Shown here piece after piece: positions 1-8,302 of a DNA stretch of 30,757 bases. The notes beneath the pieces are model-generated. The model did no database searches and was not told the origin of the DNA. It was given only the letters and a program-made list of their open reading frames with translations. The position numbers were made by a program, and so were the translations under genes. Positions within the stretch are counted from its first letter, which is position 1; each line of letters starts with the position of its first letter. The DNA is taken from NCBI GenBank assembly GCA_030599055.1, contig JAUVOS010000001.1, positions 1-30,757 of the forward strand, in the 5' to 3' direction. This DNA comes from Lutibacter sp. Lineage in GTDB: Bacteria > Bacteroidota > Bacteroidia > Flavobacteriales > Flavobacteriaceae.

Positions 1-173
1 TTATAATTGTCTCGTAAGTTCTTGGCTTCCATAGTACAACCGGGCGTACTTGCTTTTGGATAAAAAAAGAGGATTAATTTATTTCCATTAAAATCTGATA
101 GTTTAATGGTTTTTCCATTTTGATCTTTTGCGGTAAAGTTAGGAGCCTTTTCTCCTATTTTTAAATGTTTCAT
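1..173 (-). CDS. bcp: Thioredoxin-dependent peroxiredoxin BCP/PrxQ, 5' part (runs off the window start)
   Basis: Manual translation from the ATG at 173: [57 protein letters not shown]. It contains the PxxxTPGCT peroxidatic motif typical of BCP. Confidence 0.93.
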   Translation of the reverse strand, partial: MKHLKIGEKAPNFTAKDQNGKTIKLSDFNGNKLILFFYPKASTPGCTMEAKNLRDNY

Positions 174-368
174 GAATATATTTTTTTGCATTTTTCAAAC
201 CTACATATATTTTTTCATTCAAACATTCTATCCTTCTATCATTTTATCATTGGTAGGTTCATCTATTTATGTAACAAATAGCTATTATTTCTGACAGATA
301 GTCGGAAGCTATTCTTTGCATGGTCTTTGCATTAGAAACTATATTATTATTAAACTCAAAAAAAATAA

Positions 369-875
369 ATGGATACTTTTTTACTTATAACAGGCTTTTT
401 ATTAACTATCATTGGAATAGTTGGATCTTTTATTCCCATTTTACCCGGACCTCCAACTGGTTGGGCAGGTTTACTCTTATTATATCTAACGAGTGTTATC
501 CCTATGGATTGGTGGGTATTGGGTATTACTTTAGGAATTGCAATAATTATCACGATACTAGATTATATCATTCCGGCTATTGGCACTAAAAAGTCCGGTG
601 GCTCGCGTTATGGCATGTGGGGCACGACTATTGGGCTTATTGTAGGCTTGTTATCGCCCGTGCCTTTTGGTTTTCTTATAGGTGCATTTTTAGGTGCATT
701 TATCGGTGAAATGGTATTCGATGGTAAAGATACAAGTAGGGCAATGAAGGCTGCTTTTGGTTCCTTTCTTGGATTTTTGACTTCAACATTTATAAAGTTG
801 ACGGTATCACTTATATTTTTAGGACTCTTTATTGCCAAAACATTGGAATATAAAGATGTTTTCTTTAGTTTATAA
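369..875 (+). CDS. DUF456 (YqgC-like) multi-pass membrane protein
   Basis: 168-aa hydrophobic ORF with G(S)FIPILPGPP, DYIIPAIGTKKSGGSRYGMWG and GAFIGE motifs characteristic of DUF456. Confidence 0.85.
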   Translation: MDTFLLITGFLLTIIGIVGSFIPILPGPPTGWAGLLLLYLTSVIPMDWWVLGITLGIAIIITILDYIIPAIGTKKSGGSRYGMWGTTIGLIVGLLSPVPFGFLIGAFLGAFIGEMVFDGKDTSRAMKAAFGSFLGFLTSTFIKLTVSLIFLGLFIAKTLEYKDVFFSL

Positions 876-893
876 TTATTGTTGTCTGATAAA

Positions 894-921
894 GAGAAAT
901 GAGTATTGAGTATTGAGATGT
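894..921. repeat. Degenerate heptamer tandem repeat (GAGaaat/GAGTATT x2/GAGatgt)
   Basis: gagaaat gagtatt gagtatt gagatgt just downstream of the DUF456 stop. Confidence 0.55.
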
Positions 922-1124
922 CAATGCCTACTTAACCAATAGATAATCTGCTATTTACATAAAATTCTTTTTCGTATGATAGCAAGATTTAGAGAATTTT
1001 TTGTGAAAATTGATTAGCATGGTGTCAAGTTTGTTAGAGCTTTCACTCCCTTTAATTATGGAACAAAATGCGTTTTTATACCGTTTTACTCAGACACTAC
1101 TAATTTATAATAAAATATTCCTTT

Positions 1125-1149
1125 AAACCAAATGCGATTGTAGGAGTCT
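1125..1149 (+). promoter_or_regulatory. Possible ECF-sigma-type promoter (AAC-N17-GTCT)
   Basis: aaacc(1125-1129)...gtct(1146-1149), 28 nt upstream of the ATG at 1178. It resembles the generic ECF -35 AAC / -10 GTC architecture. Confidence 0.4.
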
Positions 1150-1177
1150 AAAAGCTATAATTTAAAAAACTTTCAAA

Positions 1178-1621
1178 ATGAAATCAATTATCTATATTAC
1201 CATTTTATTATTTAGTATAAATATGCTAGCTCAAAGGCCTAATATGAGACGAGCTGACCAAAAGATCAATCCTGAGCAACAAGCAGAATTACAAAGCAAG
1301 AGGTTGGCATTAGCATTAGATTTAAGTCAAAAGCAAATTAATGAGGTCAAAGTACTTCAATTACAAAGAGCTAAGGAACGTAATGCAAATAGAGAATTAA
1401 GAGATTCCCGTAGAAGTAGCGGCGTAAGACCCTCTCAAGAAGAACTATCTGTAATAAGAAACAAGCAACTTGATGCACAAATAGAACATCAAAATAAAAT
1501 GAAAAAAATTCTTTCTAAAGAACAATATGACACTTGGAAAGAACTTAAAAGGAATACGAGACAAAATAGATCTTTCAATAAAAATGCACCTCAAAAACGG
1601 AGAAGATCTTTTCGGAACTAA
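1178..1621 (+). CDS. Exported helical protein, Spy/CpxP-like (DUF4890-like)
   Basis: Signal peptide ending ...MLA-Q, a PEQQAELQSKRLALALDLSQKQ motif and a C-terminal KMKKILSKEQYDTW motif, typical of LTxxQ/Spy-like proteins. Highly basic. Confidence 0.6.
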   Translation: MKSIIYITILLFSINMLAQRPNMRRADQKINPEQQAELQSKRLALALDLSQKQINEVKVLQLQRAKERNANRELRDSRRSSGVRPSQEELSVIRNKQLDAQIEHQNKMKKILSKEQYDTWKELKRNTRQNRSFNKNAPQKRRRSFRN

Positions 1622-1644
1622 AATCTATTCGATTTATTTGAAAC

Positions 1645-1674
1645 ACAAAAGCTATCTAAAAAGATAGCTTTTGT
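1645..1674. terminator. Bidirectional intrinsic terminator between convergent genes
   Basis: Perfect 13-bp stem acaaaagctatct / agatagcttttgt with a 4-nt loop. Confidence 0.8.
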
Positions 1675-3095
1675 TATTTGATAAGTAAAACTTGACCAAC
1701 ACTAATTGTGTTACCTTCTAAGTTATTTAGTAGCCTAAGTTCAGCTATTGTTATGCCATATTTCTTAGATATATAATACAAAGTTTCACCTCTTGAAACT
1801 ATATGAGTATTCTGATTTGCAATGGTTTTATACTCCTTATTTGGGTTTTGAATTAATAATCTTTGTCCTATTTTAATTTCATCTTTTCTGATTCTATTCC
1901 AACGACGAAATTCAGGTATGGCTAAATCATATTTATATGCTATTTGATAGAGCGTTTCTCCCTTTTGAACTATATGATAGTCTGGTTTATTACTGGGTTG
2001 CTCTTTTTGAACCAATTGCTTTATCGTATCTTTTTTTACAGGTGGAGGAATCGTATCTCTATCTACTTCAGGGATTGATTGCTCAACTTTATGAACAACT
2101 GCATTAACTTGTTTAACTGAATTATCAACTGATTTAACTTGATTCGTTTGATCATCAATTGCACTAACATGTTTAACCGAATTGTCAATGGCTAAAACTT
2201 TGTTTACCGAATTATCAACGATTTTAACTTGATTTGTTTGGTCATCAACAGCTTTTAAATAGAGTTTTTGTCCAGGATAGATAGTATTGGAATCCAAATT
2301 ATTTATACTTTTTAATTCTTTCAATTCTATTCTAAACTTTCTTGAAATACCATATAGGCCATCTCCTTTTTTAACAACATAAATAAGGGGATTTGTAGTG
2401 CTAGAAACAATTGTAGGATTTGGAATTGTACGAACAATAGCTTTTGACTTTGTTTTCCCTAAAACAATTTCATCATACTTATACAATTCATATTTTTCAA
2501 TAATCGAAATTAATTTTTGAGGATACCGTTTATCCGTAGCGTAGCCCGCTTTTTGCAAACCTTTTGCCCATGCCTTGTAGTCGCTTTTGCCTAGTTTAAA
2601 CAAACTGCTATATCGTTTTCTTCCCACCAAAAAACGAGAATGGTCATTGTAAGAATTTGTGGCATATTCATAAACTCTAAAACATTCTCCTTTTTTATCA
2701 TCATCATAATACGTTCTAGCGCCTTTCCAACCTTTATGGCATTTAATCCCAAAATGATTATTGGATACTCTGGTTAAATCGCTATTTCCACTGCGTGATT
2801 CCAAAATACCTTGCGCGAGTGTAATACTTGCCGGTATATGATGAATTCTCATTTGGTTTACTGCAATATCCGAAAATTGATCAATATAATCTATTGTCGA
2901 TATGTCCTTTTTATTGGACGATGAAACTACCGCTACAGTTTTTGTATTTCTCGTTCTTTTTTCAGGAATTGATTTGGCAACAGGTTTTGTTGTTTCAGAA
3001 GGAATTTTTGCGCTTTTGCTACTTTTCTTAGCACCACAGCTTGAAAAAAGAAAACTTAATGCCAATCCTATTAATAATATTCTAATACCAGTCAT
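1674..3095 (-). CDS. Lipoprotein peptidoglycan hydrolase: glucosaminidase (GH73/FlgJ-like) domain plus three LysM domains
   Basis: Lipobox FSSC. GH73 motifs PASITLAQGILES, NNHFGIKC and GYATD..Y. Three LysM starts: YVVKKGDGLYGIS, HIVQKGETLYQIA, HIVSRGETLYYIS. Confidence 0.92.
   Translation of the reverse strand: MTGIRILLIGLALSFLFSSCGAKKSSKSAKIPSETTKPVAKSIPEKRTRNTKTVAVVSSSNKKDISTIDYIDQFSDIAVNQMRIHHIPASITLAQGILESRSGNSDLTRVSNNHFGIKCHKGWKGARTYYDDDKKGECFRVYEYATNSYNDHSRFLVGRKRYSSLFKLGKSDYKAWAKGLQKAGYATDKRYPQKLISIIEKYELYKYDEIVLGKTKSKAIVRTIPNPTIVSSTTNPLIYVVKKGDGLYGISRKFRIELKELKSINNLDSNTIYPGQKLYLKAVDDQTNQVKIVDNSVNKVLAIDNSVKHVSAIDDQTNQVKSVDNSVKQVNAVVHKVEQSIPEVDRDTIPPPVKKDTIKQLVQKEQPSNKPDYHIVQKGETLYQIAYKYDLAIPEFRRWNRIRKDEIKIGQRLLIQNPNKEYKTIANQNTHIVSRGETLYYISKKYGITIAELRLLNNLEGNTISVGQVLLIK
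2101..2250 (-). repeat. Intragenic tandem repeat, 5 x 30 nt (10-aa units) in the linker between LysM1 and LysM2
   Basis: Units in protein order: VDDQTNQVKI / VDNSVNKVLA / IDNSVKHVSA / IDDQTNQVKS / VDNSVKQVNA. Exact 30-nt period. Confidence 0.9.
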
Positions 3096-4032
3096 GATTT
3101 ATAATTATAGTGGGTAAATTTTTATTCTTTAATCTTTGATTCATTCCATCGATGCCTTGTAGCCCGCCGCTATGAATCGCTACTATTTTTATTCCGTTCT
3201 TAAAAAAACCTTTCTTTACAAGATCAACTATTCCAAATAGCATTTTTCCGGTATAAATAGGGTCTAATTGTACATTTGTTTGTTTTTTAAAATCATTAAT
3301 AAAGTGAACCAACTCTTTATTTATTTTGGCAAAACCTCCAAAATTATAATCTCTTTGCAATTGCCAATTGTCTTTGTTAAGAACGTATTTATTGATTTCT
3401 TTGTGTAAGAAATTCTCTTTTAAGGCAGGAAAACCCAGTACTTTTTGATGTGATTTCGCCGAATTAATTATTCCTGAAATAGTGCCTCCCGTACCAATTG
3501 CACAGCAAATATAATCAAATTTTGAATCTTCAGCATTTAGTATTTCTTCACATCCTTTTACCGCTAGTTCATTTGTACCACCTTCGGGAACTAAGTAAAA
3601 GGCTCTAAACTCACTTTGCAGCTGTTCAATAAAGGATGTTGTATGCTTTAATCTATACGATTCTCTGTCTATAAATTTCAACAGCATTCCCTGTTTGTGA
3701 GCAAAAGCTAAAGTAGGATTAATTCTTAAGGTAGCAGCCAAATCCTTTCCTAATTCATCGCCGCGAATAATACCTATTGTTTTAAAACCAAACTCTTTTC
3801 CGGCTGCTGCAGTTGCTGCAATATGATTAGAAAAAGCCCCTCCGAATGTCAAAAGTGTCTCAAAATTTTGCTCTTTTGCACTTTCCAAATTATAGCGAAG
3901 CTTTCGATACTTATTACCTGAGATTTGTGGATGTAACAAATCCTCTCTTTTTATCCACAGCTCAATTGGCCTAAAGCCTTTTGGAGTATAAATGACTTTT
4001 TTATTTTTAATTTTTTTTAATGGTAGAAGCAT
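3082..4032 (-). CDS. 1-aminocyclopropane-1-carboxylate deaminase / D-cysteine desulfhydrase family PLP enzyme
   Basis: KREDLLHPQISGNKYRKL (PLP Lys), TFGGAFSNH, VPEGG, GTGGT and LDPIYTGK motifs. Overlaps the downstream autolysin gene by 14 nt. Confidence 0.93.
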   Translation of the reverse strand: MLLPLKKIKNKKVIYTPKGFRPIELWIKREDLLHPQISGNKYRKLRYNLESAKEQNFETLLTFGGAFSNHIAATAAAGKEFGFKTIGIIRGDELGKDLAATLRINPTLAFAHKQGMLLKFIDRESYRLKHTTSFIEQLQSEFRAFYLVPEGGTNELAVKGCEEILNAEDSKFDYICCAIGTGGTISGIINSAKSHQKVLGFPALKENFLHKEINKYVLNKDNWQLQRDYNFGGFAKINKELVHFINDFKKQTNVQLDPIYTGKMLFGIVDLVKKGFFKNGIKIVAIHSGGLQGIDGMNQRLKNKNLPTIIINHDWY

Positions 4033-4036
4033 AGAG

Positions 4037-4067
4037 CAAAGGTAGAAAATTAAGAATAAATCACAAA
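4037..4067 (-). promoter_or_regulatory. Bacteroidota housekeeping promoter (-33 TTTG, 19 nt, -7 TACCTTTG)
   Basis: On the minus strand TTTG (4067-4064), a 19-nt spacer, then TACCTTTG (4044-4037). Matches the TTTG/TAnnTTTG consensus. Confidence 0.7.
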
Positions 4068-4153
4068 AATAAATAAGCGAAATACAAGTTTAAGTCATAC
4101 AAATATTGGAGTTTATACTTTTGATTGTATAACACGTTTTGCGATACTTCAAA

Positions 4154-4178
4154 AGATTCCGAAATAAATTTGAAATGA
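4154..4178. repeat. Degenerate REP-like palindrome (AGATTCCGAAATAAATTtGaAATGA)
   Basis: Imperfect copy of an ATTCCGAA-ATAAA-TTCGGAAT-type hairpin repeat that I recall from flavobacterial intergenic regions. Confidence 0.45.
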
Positions 4179-4254
4179 TTTGTTACAGTTCAACTTTTAA
4201 TGCCCTTCTTTGGCTAGGCTCTGGATATAACTTCTCGCCCCTTGACCTATATCC

Positions 4255-4287
4255 ATAAAAAAACAGAGTTGATTTCTCTAACTCTGT
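4255..4287 (-). terminator. Intrinsic terminator of tRNA-Lys
   Basis: Minus strand ACAGAGTT-9 nt-AACTCTGT followed by a T run, 12 nt after the tRNA 3' end. Confidence 0.75.
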
Positions 4288-4298
4288 CTTTCGTTTTG

Positions 4299-4371
4299 TG
4301 ACCTGGCTGGGGCTCGAACCCAGGACCACCTCCTTAAAAGGGAGGTGCTCTACCAACTGAGCTACCAGGTC
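4299..4371 (-). tRNA. trnK: tRNA-Lys (anticodon UUU), CCA not encoded
   Basis: Cloverleaf on the minus strand: GACCTGG TA GCTC AGTTGGTA GAGC A CCTCC CTTTTAA GGAGG TGGTC CTGGG TTCGAGC CCCAG CCAGGTC A. Confidence 0.97.
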
Positions 4372-4398
4372 TTCTTTTTCTTAGTGTTTAAGCGGGTG

Positions 4399-4429
4399 CA
4401 AATATAATAGGATATTTAATAATATCAAA
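4399..4429 (-). promoter_or_regulatory. Housekeeping promoter of tRNA-Lys
   Basis: TTTG (4429-4426), a 19-nt spacer, then TATATTTG (4406-4399). Confidence 0.75.
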
Positions 4430-4448
4430 CAAAGATTTCATATTTTTT

Positions 4449-5213
4449 TTATTCTCCTTTTAAAAGTGCATCTCTAACTTTTTTATATAAGTTAGAAGAA
4501 TACACAAAATCCACAATAGCCTTGTTATCAGTTCTAAACACATCGTCTTTAGTTCCTTCCCATTCTTTGCAACCATCTTTTAAAAAGATAATTTTATCAC
4601 CAATTTCCATTACAGAATTCATATCATGCGAATTAATAACGGTAGTCATATTATATTCTTGCGTAATTTCTCTAATTAAATTATCGATTACTATCGCGGT
4701 TTGTGGATCTAATCCTGAATTGGGTTCATCACAAAATAAATACTTTGGATTCATAACAATGGCTCGAGCTATGGATACTCTCTTTTTCATTCCACCAGAT
4801 AATTCAGATGGAAATTTAGAATTTGAATTATGCAAATTAACTCTATCTAAAACAAAGTTCACCCGCTTAAGCATTTCTTGTTTTGTGTCGTTTGTAAACA
4901 TTTTTAAGGGAAACATAATGTTTTCTTCTACTGTCATGGAATCATACAGCGCTCCACCTTGAAAAACCATTCCAATTTCTTTTCGTATTTGTCTTTTTTC
5001 TTTTTCTTTTAACCCATTAAAAATACGACCGTCGAAATCAATAACTCCTTCTTCCGGAACATGTAGTCCCAACATACATTTGAGTAAAACTGTTTTCCCG
5101 GATCCACTTTGTCCAATAATCAAACTTGTTTGACCTTTTTCAAAAGTAGCCGAGATTCCTTTAAGAATATGCGCTTCTCCAAACGATTTATGTAAATTTT
5201 TTACTGCTAACAT
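4449..5213 (-). CDS. mlaF: ABC transporter ATP-binding protein, MlaF/Mkl family
   Basis: Walker A GQSGSGKT, Q-loop VFQGGALYDSMTV, signature LSGGMKKRV, and DEPNSGLDP. Directly follows an MlaE-type permease. Confidence 0.88.
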   Translation of the reverse strand: MLAVKNLHKSFGEAHILKGISATFEKGQTSLIIGQSGSGKTVLLKCMLGLHVPEEGVIDFDGRIFNGLKEKEKRQIRKEIGMVFQGGALYDSMTVEENIMFPLKMFTNDTKQEMLKRVNFVLDRVNLHNSNSKFPSELSGGMKKRVSIARAIVMNPKYLFCDEPNSGLDPQTAIVIDNLIREITQEYNMTTVINSHDMNSVMEIGDKIIFLKDGCKEWEGTKDDVFRTDNKAIVDFVYSSNLYKKVRDALLKGE

Positions 5214-5954
5214 CTATCCTAAAAGCATTTGTGTTAAAAAATAATTTAACAAAATAATTGTCACACTTGTCCAAACTACAGCCTTGGTGCTTGCTCTACC
5301 AACTTCAAGCGCTCCACCACTTACTTTATGTCCGTGATACGAAGCAACCGTTACGATAACAAATGCAAAAACCAAGGTTTTTATAATTGCATATTTTACA
5401 AAATAGGGATTAAACTCCAACTGAATTCCCATAATATAATCTTCTGTATAAAATAAATCGGTTAAAACACCGGCTACCCATCCTCCAAAGATTCCTAAAA
5501 ACATAGCTAAAATAACCAAAATCGGATAAAACAATAAGACGGCAATTACCTTGGGTAACACTAAATAGTTTATAGAATTGATACCCATTATTTCTAAAGC
5601 ATCTATCTGCTCTGTTACACGCATTGTACCGATACTTGAAGTGATATATGAGCCTACTTTACCTGCTAAAATAATGGACATAAAAGTAGGAGCAAACTCT
5701 AAAATCATGGAACGTTTTGTAGCAAAACCAATTAAATACTTTGGGATAAAAGGACTATCGACATTTAAAGCGGTTTGAATGGCAACAACTCCTCCTACAA
5801 AAAAACCAATAAAAACAACGATTCCTAATGATTTTAAACCTAAATCATCAATTTCACGAAACAATAGCTCCCAAAAAACTTTCCATTTTTGAGGTTTTCT
5901 AAATACTTCTTTTAGCATTAAGAAATAAGCGCCGATATGTTCAAAATTGGTCAT
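5214..5954 (-). CDS. mlaE: MlaE-family ABC transporter permease
   Basis: EFAPTF..I.LAGKVGS.ITSSIGTMRVTEQIDALEIMG and GGALEVGRASTKAVV motifs. Confidence 0.92.
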   Translation of the reverse strand: MTNFEHIGAYFLMLKEVFRKPQKWKVFWELLFREIDDLGLKSLGIVVFIGFFVGGVVAIQTALNVDSPFIPKYLIGFATKRSMILEFAPTFMSIILAGKVGSYITSSIGTMRVTEQIDALEIMGINSINYLVLPKVIAVLLFYPILVILAMFLGIFGGWVAGVLTDLFYTEDYIMGIQLEFNPYFVKYAIIKTLVFAFVIVTVASYHGHKVSGGALEVGRASTKAVVWTSVTIILLNYFLTQMLLG

Positions 5955-6059
5955 AATATTTTGCTAAAGTACAAAATTACAATACAACATACTGAAAGGA
6001 ATAGAGGCTTTTAACCAATTATGTAACTAATCACCCATAAGGGTTTTTAAAAATATATC

Positions 6060-6186
6060 TCACGCAAAGCCCGCAAAGAAATTAGATTGATTTTTAATTC
6101 GCCAAGAACGCAAAGTTTTATGAATGCGAAGCATTCATTTCTTTGTTAACTTTACATAATATATTAGTTTTAAAAGCTTTGCGTGA
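6060..6186. repeat. ~127-bp MITE/REP-like element with 11-bp terminal inverted repeats
   Basis: tcacgcaaagc (6060-6070) / gctttgcgtga (6176-6186), internal CGCAAAG copies and an inner hairpin atgaatgc-gaa-gcattcat (6120-6138). Confidence 0.7.
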
Positions 6187-6209
6187 AAAAACAGAAAGTG
6201 GCTGAACAA

Positions 6210-8105
6210 TTACTCAATTATTAATTCTTGTAGATTTGTCCACTCTTGAATCATCATTTCTAATTTATCTTTTTTGTTTTGGTAGGCTTTAAAAAAATCT
6301 AATTGTGTTATTGATTCATCCCTATTTTCTATTAGTTTATCTAAATTAGCAATAGTTTTTTCAAGTTGTTCGATTTTTATTTCCATTTTGCCAATACTAT
6401 TCTTTATTCTTTTTTTGTTTTTTTCTTGTTCTCTTGAAGGTTTCTGAATTGTGTTTTTAATTTCTTTTATAACTTCTACTTTTTCAACTTCTCTAAAATT
6501 ATCAAATTTTCGTTGCTGTAAATAATAATCAATCCCACCTAGATATTCTTTTATTATATTCTCCCGAAACTCATAAACCTTTTCCACCAAACCTTGTAGA
6601 AAATCTCTATCATGAGATACTAAGATTAAACTTCCTTCAAATGTTTTAAGTGCATTTTTAAGAACATTTTTGGAAAGCATATCCAAATGATTCGTCGGCT
6701 CATCCATTATTAGAACATTAAACGGGTTCATCAATATTTTGCACAAAGCAAGCCTGTTTCTTTCACCACCAGAAAGCACCTTCACCTTCTTTTCAACAGC
6801 ATCTCCTCCGAATAAAAAACTTCCCAACATGTTTCTAATTCTAATTCTATTCGTATCGTTGGCAACTGTTTCCATTTCTTCTAACAATGTGTTTTCTCCA
6901 TTTAGATAATCTGCTTGGTTTTGTGCAAAATAGCCAATCTTAACATTGTGTCCTACTTCTACTTTTCCGTCATAGTCTATTTCATTTACTAGTATTTTCG
7001 CCAAGGTAGTTTTTCCGGTCCCATTCTGCCCGACAAAAGCTATTTTACTACCTCTTTCTATCAATAGACTATACGTATCAATGACGAGATTGTCTGCATA
7101 ACTTTTACTTACTTCTTCCAATGTAAAGATTACTTTCCCCGATTGCTCTGCTACGGGAAAACGTATGTTCATTACTGAATTATCAGTAACATCAACTTGA
7201 ATTCTATCGACTTTTTCTAATTTTTTAATAAGTGACTGAGCAAAAGCGGCTTTACTGGCTTTATAGCGAAACTTTTCTATTAATTGCTCTGTGTGTTTTA
7301 TTTGTTTCTCTTGATTCTTTTGGGCTTGCAATTGCTTTTCAATCAATTCTTTACGAATAACAAGATATTGTGAATACGGTTTTTTAAAATCATAAATACT
7401 TCCTAAGGATATTTCTATTGTTCGATTGGTCACATTATCTAAAAACATTCTATCATGTGAAACGACCAAAACAATTCCCTTATAAGATTTTAAAAAACTT
7501 TCGAACCATAAAATTGATTCTAAATCTAGGTGATTTGTCGGTTCGTCTAACAATAAAACTTCATTGTTTTGTAAAAGTAGTTTTGCTAATTCTATTCGCA
7601 TTCTCCATCCTCCCGACAGCGTATCTGTTTGCTTATCAAAATCTGCGGATTTAAAACCTAAACCTTTTAATATTCGTTCTGTGTCTCCTTTGTAATTATA
7701 TCCTCCTATTAGTTCAAATCTATGTGATAAGTCATCTAGTTTATGTAAAACTTCATGATAAGCTTCACTCTCAAAGTCTTTTCTGTTTTCAAGTTCATTA
7801 TGGATATTTTCAAGTTCGACTTCGATACTTGTTATTTCAGAAAATGCCAAATAGGTTTCTTCCAAGATGGTTTTTCCATAATTGAAATCGATATCTTGTT
7901 TTAAAAAACCGATTTTGGTGTTCTTATCAATAGCCAATGTGCCTTCAAACTCTTGCTCTCCGGCAATTAAGTTTAGAAGTGTTGATTTACCAGCTCCATT
8001 TTTCCCAATCAACCCCACTCTATTACCAGAAGTAAGTTTAAAACTCAAACCAGAAAATATTTGAGTTCCCGCAAAAGAAACTGATAAGTTATTGACGTCA
8101 ATCAT
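6210..8105 (-). CDS. ABC-F family ATPase (YheS/Uup-like translation factor)
   Basis: Two ABC domains (GKNGAGKST/LSGGWRMR/DEPTNHLD and GQNGTGKTT/LSGGERNR/DEPTNHLD), a helical inter-domain linker, a C-terminal coiled coil and no transmembrane segments. Confidence 0.93.
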   Translation of the reverse strand: MIDVNNLSVSFAGTQIFSGLSFKLTSGNRVGLIGKNGAGKSTLLNLIAGEQEFEGTLAIDKNTKIGFLKQDIDFNYGKTILEETYLAFSEITSIEVELENIHNELENRKDFESEAYHEVLHKLDDLSHRFELIGGYNYKGDTERILKGLGFKSADFDKQTDTLSGGWRMRIELAKLLLQNNEVLLLDEPTNHLDLESILWFESFLKSYKGIVLVVSHDRMFLDNVTNRTIEISLGSIYDFKKPYSQYLVIRKELIEKQLQAQKNQEKQIKHTEQLIEKFRYKASKAAFAQSLIKKLEKVDRIQVDVTDNSVMNIRFPVAEQSGKVIFTLEEVSKSYADNLVIDTYSLLIERGSKIAFVGQNGTGKTTLAKILVNEIDYDGKVEVGHNVKIGYFAQNQADYLNGENTLLEEMETVANDTNRIRIRNMLGSFLFGGDAVEKKVKVLSGGERNRLALCKILMNPFNVLIMDEPTNHLDMLSKNVLKNALKTFEGSLILVSHDRDFLQGLVEKVYEFRENIIKEYLGGIDYYLQQRKFDNFREVEKVEVIKEIKNTIQKPSREQEKNKKRIKNSIGKMEIKIEQLEKTIANLDKLIENRDESITQLDFFKAYQNKKDKLEMMIQEWTNLQELIIE

Positions 8106-8302
8106 TTTATGGATTAAAAAATTTCTGTTTTCACTTTGTTATGGATATATAAAAATAAAATTTAAGATTCATTAATGACATCTTGATTATGAGCAATGTA
8201 GGATTTTTTGCACCAAACTTTCAATCTACTACAATGTTTGTTTTATGTTTCTAATTTATAAATTTTCCACTTCAACCTACATTACCAATAAACCTTTATT
8301 AA

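Noticed and set aside
4197-4256. Known ribozyme or riboswitch (HDV-like, twister, pistol, SAM-II)
   Set aside because: By eye, the required stems and conserved nucleotides could not be matched. It is kept only as an unexplained element.
4299-4371. tRNA-Lys as the attachment site of an island in this window
   Set aside because: No duplicated tRNA 3' end and no integrase were seen elsewhere in the window.
4449-5954. mlaE-mlaF without mlaD as an anomaly
   Set aside because: Split mla loci are usual in Bacteroidota, so this is not informative.
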